32,000 bases of DNA from Edaphobacter aggregans (GTDB lineage Bacteria; Acidobacteriota; Terriglobia; Terriglobales; Acidobacteriaceae), in the NCBI RefSeq assembly GCF_003945235.1, contig NZ_RSDW01000001.1:5040001-5072000 (forward strand). Reading direction: 5' to 3'. The notes beneath the pieces were generated by a model. The model was not told the origin of the DNA. It made no database searches and worked only from the letters and a program-made list of their open reading frames with translations. The translations under genes were made by a program, and so were the position numbers. This document shows, in pieces, positions 8,711-17,000 of this stretch (its first letter is position 1; every line of letters starts with the position of its first letter).

Positions 8711-10384
8711 ATGTTGAGTCGCAGAAGTAAGGAGAGCGGGTTTCTTGTCAGTTCGGCACCGACCCTCAGGTCCATTCTGGTGTCATTTCTAAGAGAAAAT
8801 TCTGTGATTCGCCGTCAAGATGAACCAATCGTATCGGGACGAGGAAATCCCGTCGACTGGTTGATTGATAGTCGAGTTGCACTTTTCAACCCCGCAATGT
8901 CCTTTGCGATTGCCACTCTTTATTGGGAACATCTCATCAAACAAATTCCATTCCAACTGTGCTGCGTTGAGATGACAGGTATTCCGTTGATGACGGCAAT
9001 CCAGGCATTTGCCTTCAGGAATGGTCATACCGTCAACGGTTTTGTAATCAGAAAAGAACAAAAAGAGAGCGGCAGGCGCCGACAGATTGAAGGAACCATT
9101 AATGAACTGCCAATTATCTTTCTTGATGACATCGTAAATCGCGGTCATAGTGTGATTAGGGCCCAGATTGCTCTCGACAAACTCGGTCGAAAGATCACAC
9201 AGGTAGTAGCTCTGATTGACTTCGGGAAATCGGATGCTAGCGAGCGGTTGCTAAGGGATGGAATCCACTTGAAATCCATTATCGCGCTCGACGAACTTGG
9301 TGTTCGCCGATCATCGTCTTCGGATATTCGACAAGAGGAAGAACATCAGATCTTTCGCGAGCTTTGGAGATTAGATCCCGGCGATCGCAGAAGCGCAGAT
9401 GTTGTCCCAAAATCAACTCCTGCCTTTGATCACGATTGTGTCTACCATGGAGCAGACTCAGGTAGTTTTTGTTCTATCGACGCAAGCACGGGTGATGTGA
9501 GGTGGCGATTTTCTGCCGGAACGGATAAAAATAAGGGAATCCGTTCGTCCCCGCTTCTTCATGAAGATCTTGTGTATTTCGGAGCCTACGATGGCGTATT
9601 TTATGCGATTGAGAGGATGACCGGGGAAATGAGATGGCAGTTTATTGAAGCTGACTGGATAGGTTCCTCCGCTTGCTGTGCACCCACAATTCAAAGACTT
9701 TTCGTTGGGTTAGAACATGCGACGTCGAACAGCCGCGGAAGCCTCGTTGCTCTTGAGACTCGCACAGGAGAGAAATCTTGGGAATTGCCGATGGCCGGAT
9801 TCGTTCACGCAGGCCCTTGCTTCATTGAGGCCCTCGGCTGTGTAATAGTCGGAAACGACCAAGGCGAAGTTTGCTGTGCCGATGCTCTCACTGGAACGCT
9901 GCGTTGGCGGGTCAGAGCAGCCGGACCAATAAAAGCTAAGGCTTGTTATGATGAAAAAACTCGCTTAATCATTGCCGGCTCGTTTGACAAAAATGTGTAT
10001 GCCTGGCGAGTTGATACAGGAGAGCTTGCCTGGAAAACTTCTACTGAAGCTCTAATTTATTCTGAGCCCCTTCTCGTTCAAAATCTTGTGTACGTATGTT
10101 CGACGGACAAACATTTACACATCTTGAATGCAGTTGATGGAACACACGTCATGAAGTATTCGGCTGGCGCAAAGCTCTTCGCGTCTCCCAGTCAAAGCAA
10201 CTCACGGATCTATTTCGCATCAACCGCGGGAGCGATATTTGAGTTTGACCCGCAGACACGATCTGTCGTCGGAACTCATCTAATACCAGAAAAAATAGTG
10301 AATAAGGTTGTTTGCGATGAGCGAACGGGAAGATTCTACGTTACGGCGATTGACGGCCAACTCTTTGCTTTTGAGCGTCGATGA
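8711..10384 (+). CDS. Fusion protein: type-I phosphoribosyltransferase (orotate-PRT-like) N-domain plus PQQ/BamB-like beta-propeller C-domain
   Basis: PRPP loop LPIIFLDDIVNRGHSVIRAQIAL. The C-terminal half carries repeated motifs of the type VYHGADSGSFCSIDASTGDVRWRF, VYFGAYDGVFYAIERMTGEMRWQF and VYAWRVDTGELAWK. Confidence 0.75.
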   Translation: MLSRRSKESGFLVSSAPTLRSILVSFLRENSVIRRQDEPIVSGRGNPVDWLIDSRVALFNPAMSFAIATLYWEHLIKQIPFQLCCVEMTGIPLMTAIQAFAFRNGHTVNGFVIRKEQKESGRRRQIEGTINELPIIFLDDIVNRGHSVIRAQIALDKLGRKITQVVALIDFGKSDASERLLRDGIHLKSIIALDELGVRRSSSSDIRQEEEHQIFRELWRLDPGDRRSADVVPKSTPAFDHDCVYHGADSGSFCSIDASTGDVRWRFSAGTDKNKGIRSSPLLHEDLVYFGAYDGVFYAIERMTGEMRWQFIEADWIGSSACCAPTIQRLFVGLEHATSNSRGSLVALETRTGEKSWELPMAGFVHAGPCFIEALGCVIVGNDQGEVCCADALTGTLRWRVRAAGPIKAKACYDEKTRLIIAGSFDKNVYAWRVDTGELAWKTSTEALIYSEPLLVQNLVYVCSTDKHLHILNAVDGTHVMKYSAGAKLFASPSQSNSRIYFASTAGAIFEFDPQTRSVVGTHLIPEKIVNKVVCDERTGRFYVTAIDGQLFAFERR

Positions 10385-10605
10385 AAGTGAAAATTTCATA
10401 AGCGAGCGAATGGTCTCGAGATTTCAAACACAGGATGAGATTGATCTAGTCGCAACCCTAGACCGCCGATCGCACGTCTACGGCGGTCGGTATGATTAGG
10501 TTTCTCCGAGTTCTCTAACAGCCCCGGATCCCCTCCCTCGATATCCTAACCATCGCGAAACTAGGTAGCTCAGTATCCAGTGACTGATATCGGTTTAGAG
10601 TCCCC

Positions 10606-10627
10606 GTAAAATAATCGATTATTTTAC
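10606..10627. promoter_or_regulatory. Perfect 22-bp palindrome gtaaaataatcgattattttac
   Basis: The sequence is exactly self-complementary. It is intergenic, about 80 bp upstream of the ATG at 10707. Confidence 0.4.
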
Positions 10628-10706
10628 TGCGATTTATGTTGACAACCAAAGCTTTCTAGGGCAAGGTTATTCGCAATTCTTATTCGGCACCATGGAGGTA
10701 TCGTGC

Positions 10707-11153
10707 ATGGCTCAGCTGCTTAAAAACCAGCGCCGTCTTCTTCTCCTCGCCACAACTACATTACTCACCTTGTTAATTCGGATGGTCCTCGTACCATTGG
10801 GATCTGTAAATCGGGTTCGCGCGGGCTCCGTAGTTTACTCAGACAGAGGGCGGATAAAGCAGGTCGCCTTCCGGTTTACAAAGTACCGGTCGCCATCCGG
10901 ATTAATTCCCTCCATTAGGCTGGGGTTTTCTCAAAACCAAAACAGCACACCATACCTACTTCGTGTCGCGAATTTTTCCCCCTTTCTAAGATTAGAAAAC
11001 CTTGGAGCTCCTTCGGACTTGCTAGGTGCTTCACCATTACATCAAGTTGAGCCAATGCTGTTCCAATGCGATGACGGAGATGGTTCAGATGGAGACGGCG
11101 ATGACAGCGAAGATGGCGGTCAGGATAGTGATGGCGATGACAGCATCTGCTAG
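10707..11153 (+). CDS. Membrane-anchored/exported protein with an acidic Asp/Gly/Ser-rich tail
   Basis: GGAGG at 10695-10699 precedes ATG 10707. Hydrophobic N-terminus LLLLATTTLLTLLIRMVLVPL. C-terminus DDGDGSDGDGDDSEDGGQDSDGDDSIC. The ORF ends at TAG 11151-11153. Confidence 0.5.
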   Translation: MAQLLKNQRRLLLLATTTLLTLLIRMVLVPLGSVNRVRAGSVVYSDRGRIKQVAFRFTKYRSPSGLIPSIRLGFSQNQNSTPYLLRVANFSPFLRLENLGAPSDLLGASPLHQVEPMLFQCDDGDGSDGDGDDSEDGGQDSDGDDSIC

Positions 11154-11368
11154 TGTTAGCGTGCTTTTGCCTCCTATGCAGTAGCTCCCGGCTCTGAACA
11201 ACCAGCCACTTTGTTGAATGGTAGTCAAGACTCTGACAGTAGCTATTGTTTGGTCCTCCAATGTTTACTTAAAAATAGTTGGACTATTGAACGAGCCATT
11301 GTCCCAGAAACTTCAGGGCGTGCGGTAGTAACAATAAAAATGGCTAGCGGAAACGGAGCGGTGAACTG

Positions 11369-12553
11369 ATGAATCGATTAGAAAAGGCTGCTTTTATGTT
11401 CTTCGCGTCGATGCTAATTTTTTTGTCGGGAGAAGCTGGCGCTACTGAGCCACATCGTGAACCAACGGCTAACAGCGATCTGGTTCCAGTTAGAGTACCT
11501 CGCCTCCCGTCGCCCTATCGCACTTCTTCTTTGCCAACATCAACGGGAGACTCGGCCACTGCGCCTGTAATAGACAACGGACACATCATTCAATTTCATC
11601 AGACGCCTCACAAGCCTGGGCAACCCAACATCTACTTGTTCAACAGAAGTGGTCAAATCGAGTACCAAGTTTCAATTTGCCCGACCAATTCTACGCAGGT
11701 GTGGCTTACTTCAGTGACGGTTGCCGCTCGCGGGGGAATCATTTTCGCTGGCCATTCGATCGACGATCGCGGCAATAGGTTGCTATTTATCGGCTCGTCT
11801 GATCTAGATGGAAGTAATCCCCACTTTTTTTCTACTGGAACGTACTTAGCAACTTTGGTGACGGGCGCCAATGACAGTTCTATCTGGAGCTTGGGTGCTG
11901 AATTCCATGACGCTGCTGGCTCAGGTCAGAGATGGGATAACTACGACACAGTCCGACACTTTTCTAGCTCCGGGACGCTCCTAGAACATTTTCTGCCGCG
12001 TTGGAATCCTCAGGTTGCCTATGTGACGTCACGATTCAGCGACGGTAATTTTGTGCTAGACGCGTACGACACCAGCGGTCATCCAGTTGTTTTATCCGCA
12101 GATTCTGTTTCTACAGCGCGCCGTGGATACCGGGATGCGGGCACCAAGCACAGTCAAATGTACCTAAAGACCGCTTCCGGCGTCGTGAACATCTATGACG
12201 GAATCAACGAAGTATTTTATCAATACGACACCGCTACTCGCGTGCTCTCTCAGTACAGGATTGCTACGCGGTTTACAGGAGTGCTCAATGGGTTCGCTCT
12301 AACTCAAGACGGCCATCTGTTTGGAAGTATATCAGGCCAAGATCCCAGACTTTATCAATTGCATGGTCTTTTTGAATTGAAACAGGACAGCTCAACAGGG
12401 CATGCACATTGGATGCTGATTGACGGCACTCCTAGCTCAAAGTCGGGTATTGGCGATATTGTGCGCTTACTAGGTGCAGATGGAGACGATCTTGTTTTCC
12501 AGACTCGACAGCCGGAAGGATCCCCACGTTCGATATCTTGGACGCATCGCTGA
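11369..12553 (+). CDS. Secreted hypothetical protein (394 aa)
   Basis: Sec-type leader MNRLEKAAFMFFASMLIFLSGEAGA. Long uninterrupted ORF. Confidence 0.6.
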   Translation: MNRLEKAAFMFFASMLIFLSGEAGATEPHREPTANSDLVPVRVPRLPSPYRTSSLPTSTGDSATAPVIDNGHIIQFHQTPHKPGQPNIYLFNRSGQIEYQVSICPTNSTQVWLTSVTVAARGGIIFAGHSIDDRGNRLLFIGSSDLDGSNPHFFSTGTYLATLVTGANDSSIWSLGAEFHDAAGSGQRWDNYDTVRHFSSSGTLLEHFLPRWNPQVAYVTSRFSDGNFVLDAYDTSGHPVVLSADSVSTARRGYRDAGTKHSQMYLKTASGVVNIYDGINEVFYQYDTATRVLSQYRIATRFTGVLNGFALTQDGHLFGSISGQDPRLYQLHGLFELKQDSSTGHAHWMLIDGTPSSKSGIGDIVRLLGADGDDLVFQTRQPEGSPRSISWTHR

Positions 12554-12719
12554 CCGTGACAATATTTGTGGAGATGCTACTTTATTCGCCCTGTGCGAGA
12601 AGGGCAACATGAATACATCTCCTCGATACCATGGACGACGTTTCTAGAGCACTGGAAGATCTTCTAACGGGCCAGCGCTAAATTTATCAGGATTCGGTTC
12701 TCACTTGGAGGTTATGGAA

Positions 12720-13748
12720 ATGGGAACGGCTCGACGGGGTTCGGTTACTCCAGAAGCGATAGCTTGTCATCAGTTACACCTGAAGCTAAGGCGCACGGGC
12801 ATTGGATTGCGACTTTGCGCATTGTTTTTTATATGCTGTTTCACCGCAGTCAGTTATTGCGCTGTCCCGTGTGGAGAGCTTAGTGAGAGCGCCACGAAAC
12901 AAATAGAAAACTACATTGACCAGCTGTATGAGATCAACTCATCGTCTTCCGCGGAAGTGCATCATGTCCATATTGAGTCAAGCGAGACAATAAATTCAAT
13001 TTGTTATAGGCGACTCCGCGTGGCAACTGGGACCGGCGGTACAATTGTCTTTTTTTTGAGCCCTGACCAAAGATTCCTAAGTATTTCGTTGTCAGATACA
13101 ACTCAAAGTCCACTCATTGCCAGGGCGAAGGAAGATTCGATCGTCGAATCGCAATTGACAAAAGATTTGTCGCCGGGCAGCGGTGAACCATCTGCTCCGT
13201 TGCGATTAGTTGTTTTTGAGGATTATCAATGCCCATACTGTAAGCGGCTGGACGAATGGCTGAAAGCTCTTTCGCCTGATCTCCTCATTAAAATTCGGAT
13301 TAGCTACAAAAATTTTCCCCTCGCGGTACACCCTTTTTCATCTGAGGCAGCGGCGATTAGCGTTTGCGCTGGATTGCAGAGCAGTGATGCCTACGGAGAG
13401 GTCGGTCGCTTTCTGTTCAGTGAGCAAAATAAATTTGGACCTGAAACTCTCCCAACTACTAGTGTCATTCGGCATTTTGCGACGAGCGGATCTGTAAGCG
13501 TCGCGCTACTGCGTAGCTGCTTAGACAATAAGGAATATTTGCCGATCCTCACGCGTGACCGACTGCTCGCGGAGAGTCTAAAAGTTCCGGGCACGCCAAC
13601 GGTTTTCTTGAATGGTCGCCGAATGCCTCACCTTTCGTCATCCGCAGATTTGATTCAACAGCTTCGTGCCAGAATGGAAAGCTCCGATCAGTCTGCATCG
13701 AACGAATATGTGCCAAATCCACAAGTCGGACGTCAGGAGAATAAATGA
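12720..13748 (+). CDS. DsbA-family thiol:disulfide oxidoreductase with N-terminal membrane anchor
   Basis: Thioredoxin-fold CxxC site in LVVFEDYQCPYCKRLDEW, and a cis-Pro region VPGTPTVFLNG. The GGAGG at 12707-12711 favours ATG 12720. Confidence 0.8.
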   Translation: MGTARRGSVTPEAIACHQLHLKLRRTGIGLRLCALFFICCFTAVSYCAVPCGELSESATKQIENYIDQLYEINSSSSAEVHHVHIESSETINSICYRRLRVATGTGGTIVFFLSPDQRFLSISLSDTTQSPLIARAKEDSIVESQLTKDLSPGSGEPSAPLRLVVFEDYQCPYCKRLDEWLKALSPDLLIKIRISYKNFPLAVHPFSSEAAAISVCAGLQSSDAYGEVGRFLFSEQNKFGPETLPTTSVIRHFATSGSVSVALLRSCLDNKEYLPILTRDRLLAESLKVPGTPTVFLNGRRMPHLSSSADLIQQLRARMESSDQSASNEYVPNPQVGRQENK

Positions 13749-14545
13749 GTAACTCATTTCGCATATATAGCCTGGCTCTCGGCATGGCTACGATCGGCGG
13801 TGCCCACATGAATGCTCAAGTCTCCGCAGCGATGCCTTCTAGTCCGCACAAAAATATTCTCATAGTGCCGTTGAAGCAGGAGGCAGCAAGTTATCCAAAT
13901 GGAATTCAAGGAAACCAGATTCCTGTCCTGTATAACAATACTTTCGTGATTCATAATAATGATTCTCGAAATGTTATCGGCCTTTTTGTTGTTTGGCATA
14001 TTACAGACAGCGCGGGAATAGTATCGACGAGAAAGATGATGATGGACACTTTCTTGAACACCACAAAAAGTACGATAATTGCCCCGACCGGAACGATGAT
14101 CATTTCGCCCGCAGGGTCGCAGCTTGCCGGTGCGTTAACGCCGTCGGTTAGTCAAACGCCTGGGCCGACTCCGGGGCTGAGTCATTTGGAAGAACGTTTT
14201 GAACATGCCTCCCAAATTAGTTTGACCATTGACTCCGTAATGTTTGAGGATGGGGAGATATGGGGACCAAATACTGAACAAATCGACAAGCAGATAGTGG
14301 CTCGCAAGGCCGCGGCTGTCGCACTAAGTCAATTGGCAAAAAGCATGATCGCCAACGGAGGCGATTGGAAAGCACAACTGACCGCAGTTAAAAAGACCCC
14401 TGTGAGGACCGATGACGTCCAGAGTCGTTGGCAAGAACGATTTACGCAACAGCTTCTACATTGGCAAGGCGATCCGAAAGCCATATTGAACTATTTCGAT
14501 CAGCTTCCCTCGCCTATGACATTTTCTGCACATCAATACAAATAG
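13745..14545 (+). CDS. Secreted hypothetical protein (266 aa)
   Basis: The ATG overlaps the upstream stop (ATGA at 13745-13748). Leader-like N-terminus SLALGMATIGGAHMNAQ. Confidence 0.55.
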   Translation: MSNSFRIYSLALGMATIGGAHMNAQVSAAMPSSPHKNILIVPLKQEAASYPNGIQGNQIPVLYNNTFVIHNNDSRNVIGLFVVWHITDSAGIVSTRKMMMDTFLNTTKSTIIAPTGTMIISPAGSQLAGALTPSVSQTPGPTPGLSHLEERFEHASQISLTIDSVMFEDGEIWGPNTEQIDKQIVARKAAAVALSQLAKSMIANGGDWKAQLTAVKKTPVRTDDVQSRWQERFTQQLLHWQGDPKAILNYFDQLPSPMTFSAHQYK

Positions 14546-14587
14546 TAGGTGTATCGGGTTCATACTTGTGAAAGCCAGGAGAAGACA

Positions 14588-15052
14588 ATGAGAGTTCGGA
14601 GGATTGTTGTCTGCTACGTTGTCGTTGTTCTTTCGTTCTTTGTTTCATGCGTGCGACTACATGGCCAGACCAGCAATGTGATATTGGATTCCGGTTGTAT
14701 CGACGCGAACTCAAATCCCGTCCCGACATGTATGGAAGCAGCGACCTCGAACAACGCTTATTTATACGTTGACATTTTGGGCCTTTGCAACGAGATGCAA
14801 ACACCTCAAGCAGATCAATTTGCATATGACCGTTGTAACGCCGTCTACAATTTGAGTGTCTATGCAGGCCCCGGCAACTTCGGGCCAATGGTTTCAGAGG
14901 ACTGTGGGGAATACTTTATCGGCTACGTCCAGGCTGTATCGACTATTTCAAACCTCCTGGGTGTGGTACTCTCTGTTCAATTTTCTGAAGAAGACTGTGA
15001 CTATTCTTTTTATGAATCCACTCCCGGAGTCTACTTCACGAGTTCTTGTTGA
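14588..15052 (+). CDS. Small secreted cysteine-rich protein
   Basis: AGGAG precedes ATG 14588. Leader MRVRRIVVCYVVVVLSFFVSCVRLHG. At least 8 Cys in the mature part. Confidence 0.55.
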   Translation: MRVRRIVVCYVVVVLSFFVSCVRLHGQTSNVILDSGCIDANSNPVPTCMEAATSNNAYLYVDILGLCNEMQTPQADQFAYDRCNAVYNLSVYAGPGNFGPMVSEDCGEYFIGYVQAVSTISNLLGVVLSVQFSEEDCDYSFYESTPGVYFTSSC

Positions 15053-15560
15053 TCAGACTTAGGGAAGCTCAGCAGTGTAGGCTTCGGAGAAGCGAGGTTT
15101 GTAATCCTCGAAAAGCGACGAAAGAGCAGGCAAGGGCTTGAGCATATGCGAGAGAACGTGTCGACCTGGGTCCTCCATGCGCTGCTCATCAGATCGACAG
15201 CCTCAAACGTCCGTCACGGGAGCGCCATAACCGAGATCGTGAATCGCTTCACCTCCTCAAGCCACACCTTGTTCTCAATCTTGCATGATGAATTTGCTTT
15301 GGTTGTAGTTCTTATGAGTAACCGGATGTAGAAACGGCATTTGCACGAACTCATCGCCGGTGGGCCTCGCTCGCATTCCCACCCGACCTGCTCTCTGGTC
15401 TGTACGTTGCCGTGCAGGAATGAAAGCCGTGGCAAGCATCAGTAAAGCGCCGGTTCCGAATGAACGCGCTCTGGATGAGGAATGGGTCCCAGTTCAAGGT
15501 GACGATCAGATCCTTTGGCGTCAGCGCCAAAAGCAAATAATCATAGATCGTCGACGTATA
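15030..15560 (-). pseudogene. SIR2-like (SIR2_2-type) gene body with multiple frameshifts
   Basis: Minus-strand pieces in changing frames: YTSTIYDYLLLALTPKDLIVTLNWDPFLIQSAF, then LPRLSFLHGNV, GDEFVQMPFLHPVTHKNYNQSKFI, ENKVWLEEVKRF, HDLGYGAPVTDV and EAVDLMSSAWRTQVD. The order (NWD, LHG, GYG.P..D) is the one expected for SIR2-like proteins. Confidence 0.5.
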
Positions 15561-15640
15561 GGCTCCATTGTGATAACCGCAAGGCAGGCGCAAATCGTGA
15601 GCGTAGAAAACGACGCGCACCGGTGAAGAATGCATCAAGA
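15561..15640 (-). pseudogene. Internal SRAP fragment (inverted piece)
   Basis: PVRVVFYAHDLRLP corresponds to PVKRVFNITLADPAAMP of the intact SRAP. In a second frame, LAVITMEP corresponds to FAIVTTEP. Confidence 0.45.
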
Positions 15641-15649
15641 CGGTCTACG

Positions 15650-15925
15650 ATGGCCCCGCACCATGTGATCATTCTAGGTGCCGGGGCAAGTATTGTTTCG
15701 ACGATCCACAATCCTGAGCATCAGGAAAGAAGTTGCCGTCGATCGATAATTTCATTGATGTTGTAGGGTTGAGAGAGACTCTGGATTTTGTGGAGGGCGA
15801 TTGCCAGACGGGGAACTTCGAGGAGAATTTACAGCTGCGTCTACCCCAGAGATCCGCATTCGAAGGCACTAGAGGACATTGGTCAGAAAATTCCTGACTA
15901 CTTCAGCGGCCTTCAGCTTCCAGAT
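15650..15925 (+). pseudogene. N-terminal fragment of the same SIR2-like gene, frameshifted, on the opposite strand to its body
   Basis: MAPHHVIILGAGAS (GAGxS nucleotide loop), then in shifted frames KKLPSIDNFIDVVGLRETLDFVEGDCQTGNFEE and PRDPHSKALEDIGQKIPDYFSGLQLPD. Confidence 0.5.
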
Positions 15926-16156
15926 AACGAGCTTGTGGCTCAAATATACGAAAGACTGGCCCTGATACTTCCCCCGAAGGATTATGACCGCTGGCTACGA
16001 ATTGGTACCATCGGTGATTCTCGCAACCGTTGGATCTCCTGCATCCGTTCGATTCAGCACCAAATGAGGATGCTCCCTGCTAATCCGGCTGTGGGTAACG
16101 TAAGGAACACTGGTCCTGACATGCTGAATGAGACTGACGATCTTCGAGGCACGTGA
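15926..16156 (+). pseudogene. SRAP C-terminal fragment
   Basis: NELVAQIYERLALILPPKDYDRWL ... MLPANPAVGNVRNTGPDMLNE corresponds to NELVSTIHDRLALILKPRDYDRWL ... MVPANPAVGNWRNNGPEMLAY of the intact copy. It is more diverged at the nucleotide level than the 634-804 fragment. Confidence 0.7.
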
Positions 16157-16190
16157 TAGGCTGGGGCTCACCTAAAAACCAGCGGGGTTT

Positions 16191-16406
16191 ATGGGGATGG
16201 GATGCGATATTGGAAAGATTTTGCGGGACCAACTCGATGAAGCAATTTCCGAAAGGTTAGGATATCCAACCAAACCGTTAGCAGTGCCTCCAAAATCTGA
16301 ATACGCCTTGAAGATTGGAGCGACAAATGCTTGGGCTGCATTCAAGGCGCATATTAGGGGTTGCAACACCTGTCTAGAAGCACCACCTCAAGGACGGTAT
16401 AAATGA
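16191..16406 (+). CDS. Hypothetical 71-aa protein
   Basis: ORF only. Confidence 0.2.
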   Translation: MGMGCDIGKILRDQLDEAISERLGYPTKPLAVPPKSEYALKIGATNAWAAFKAHIRGCNTCLEAPPQGRYK

Positions 16407-16786
16407 CCTCTTTGCTCGAAGCCCGTTTGGAGCTTCGCGTCGGGATCTTTGCCCTCCATATGCACAATCTGCCAGCCATTCCATCGGATGTTGTCAGGGT
16501 CGATAGATCTTGTTGGGATACACATCAACGTTTGGAAGTGATTCTCCGGGTCAAGGAAGTCGTGGGAATAGAAGTCGAAAAACCCTTCAAAGACGATCGA
16601 CGGGCAGCCATCAAGAATGAGCAGCGTTAGCGTGTAGACTCCAGAAACACGAGCAGCGGCTTCCTGAGAGTAATTTTGCGTGTATCCATTATGAGACAGG
16701 GCTGTCCCCGGCATCGACTCAACGCGGTTCAAGGATAGGAAGACAGCCGAGCAAAGATTGCCATCGTGCTGATGTGTAGCGTCCAT
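16388..16786 (-). CDS. Hypothetical 132-aa protein
   Basis: ORF only. A weak DFLDPENH motif is reminiscent of VOC/glyoxalase folds, which is not enough for a call. Confidence 0.35.
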   Translation of the reverse strand: MDATHQHDGNLCSAVFLSLNRVESMPGTALSHNGYTQNYSQEAAARVSGVYTLTLLILDGCPSIVFEGFFDFYSHDFLDPENHFQTLMCIPTRSIDPDNIRWNGWQIVHMEGKDPDAKLQTGFEQRGHLYRP

Positions 16787-16804
16787 TCGACTGATTCAGT
16801 CCAT

Positions 16805-17000
16805 CCTAAGAGCCTGCATCGGATCAATAGAAGCCTCCCGCCGCGCAGGGATGAATCCGGCCACGGTAGCACAAATCGTCCGCATCATTCGATGCAACCC
16901 ACAGAAACGGAAGAGCTTCATTCTGCACACTCCGGTTCATGTTCTGTGTAACTTTAGTTGGGAAGGTATTCGTATCGTTGCTCGAGAATGTCTACTTGTC
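16805..17000 (-). pseudogene. C-terminal remnant of an FtsX/MacB-type (ADOP-like) ABC transporter permease
   Basis: The minus strand reads ICATVAGFIPARREASIDPMQALR (16861-16805), the canonical permease C-terminus. Upstream homology is only recoverable by changing frame (FLWVASNDADDL). The normal stop is lost. Confidence 0.5.

Noticed and set aside
10561-10600. tRNA-like string ggtagctcagt, reminiscent of a D-arm
   Set aside because: There is no complementary gagc closing the D-stem, no acceptor-stem pairing and no T-loop (GTTCRANNC) downstream. It cannot fold into a cloverleaf. At best it is a short tRNA-derived scrap.
5667-14545. Genome-wide reassignment of TAG to a sense codon
   Set aside because: TAG terminates several well-proportioned genes here (5667-6755, 6821-7747, 13745-14545) at sensible lengths. 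General recoding is therefore unlikely. Only local readthrough or recent nonsense mutation remains possible.
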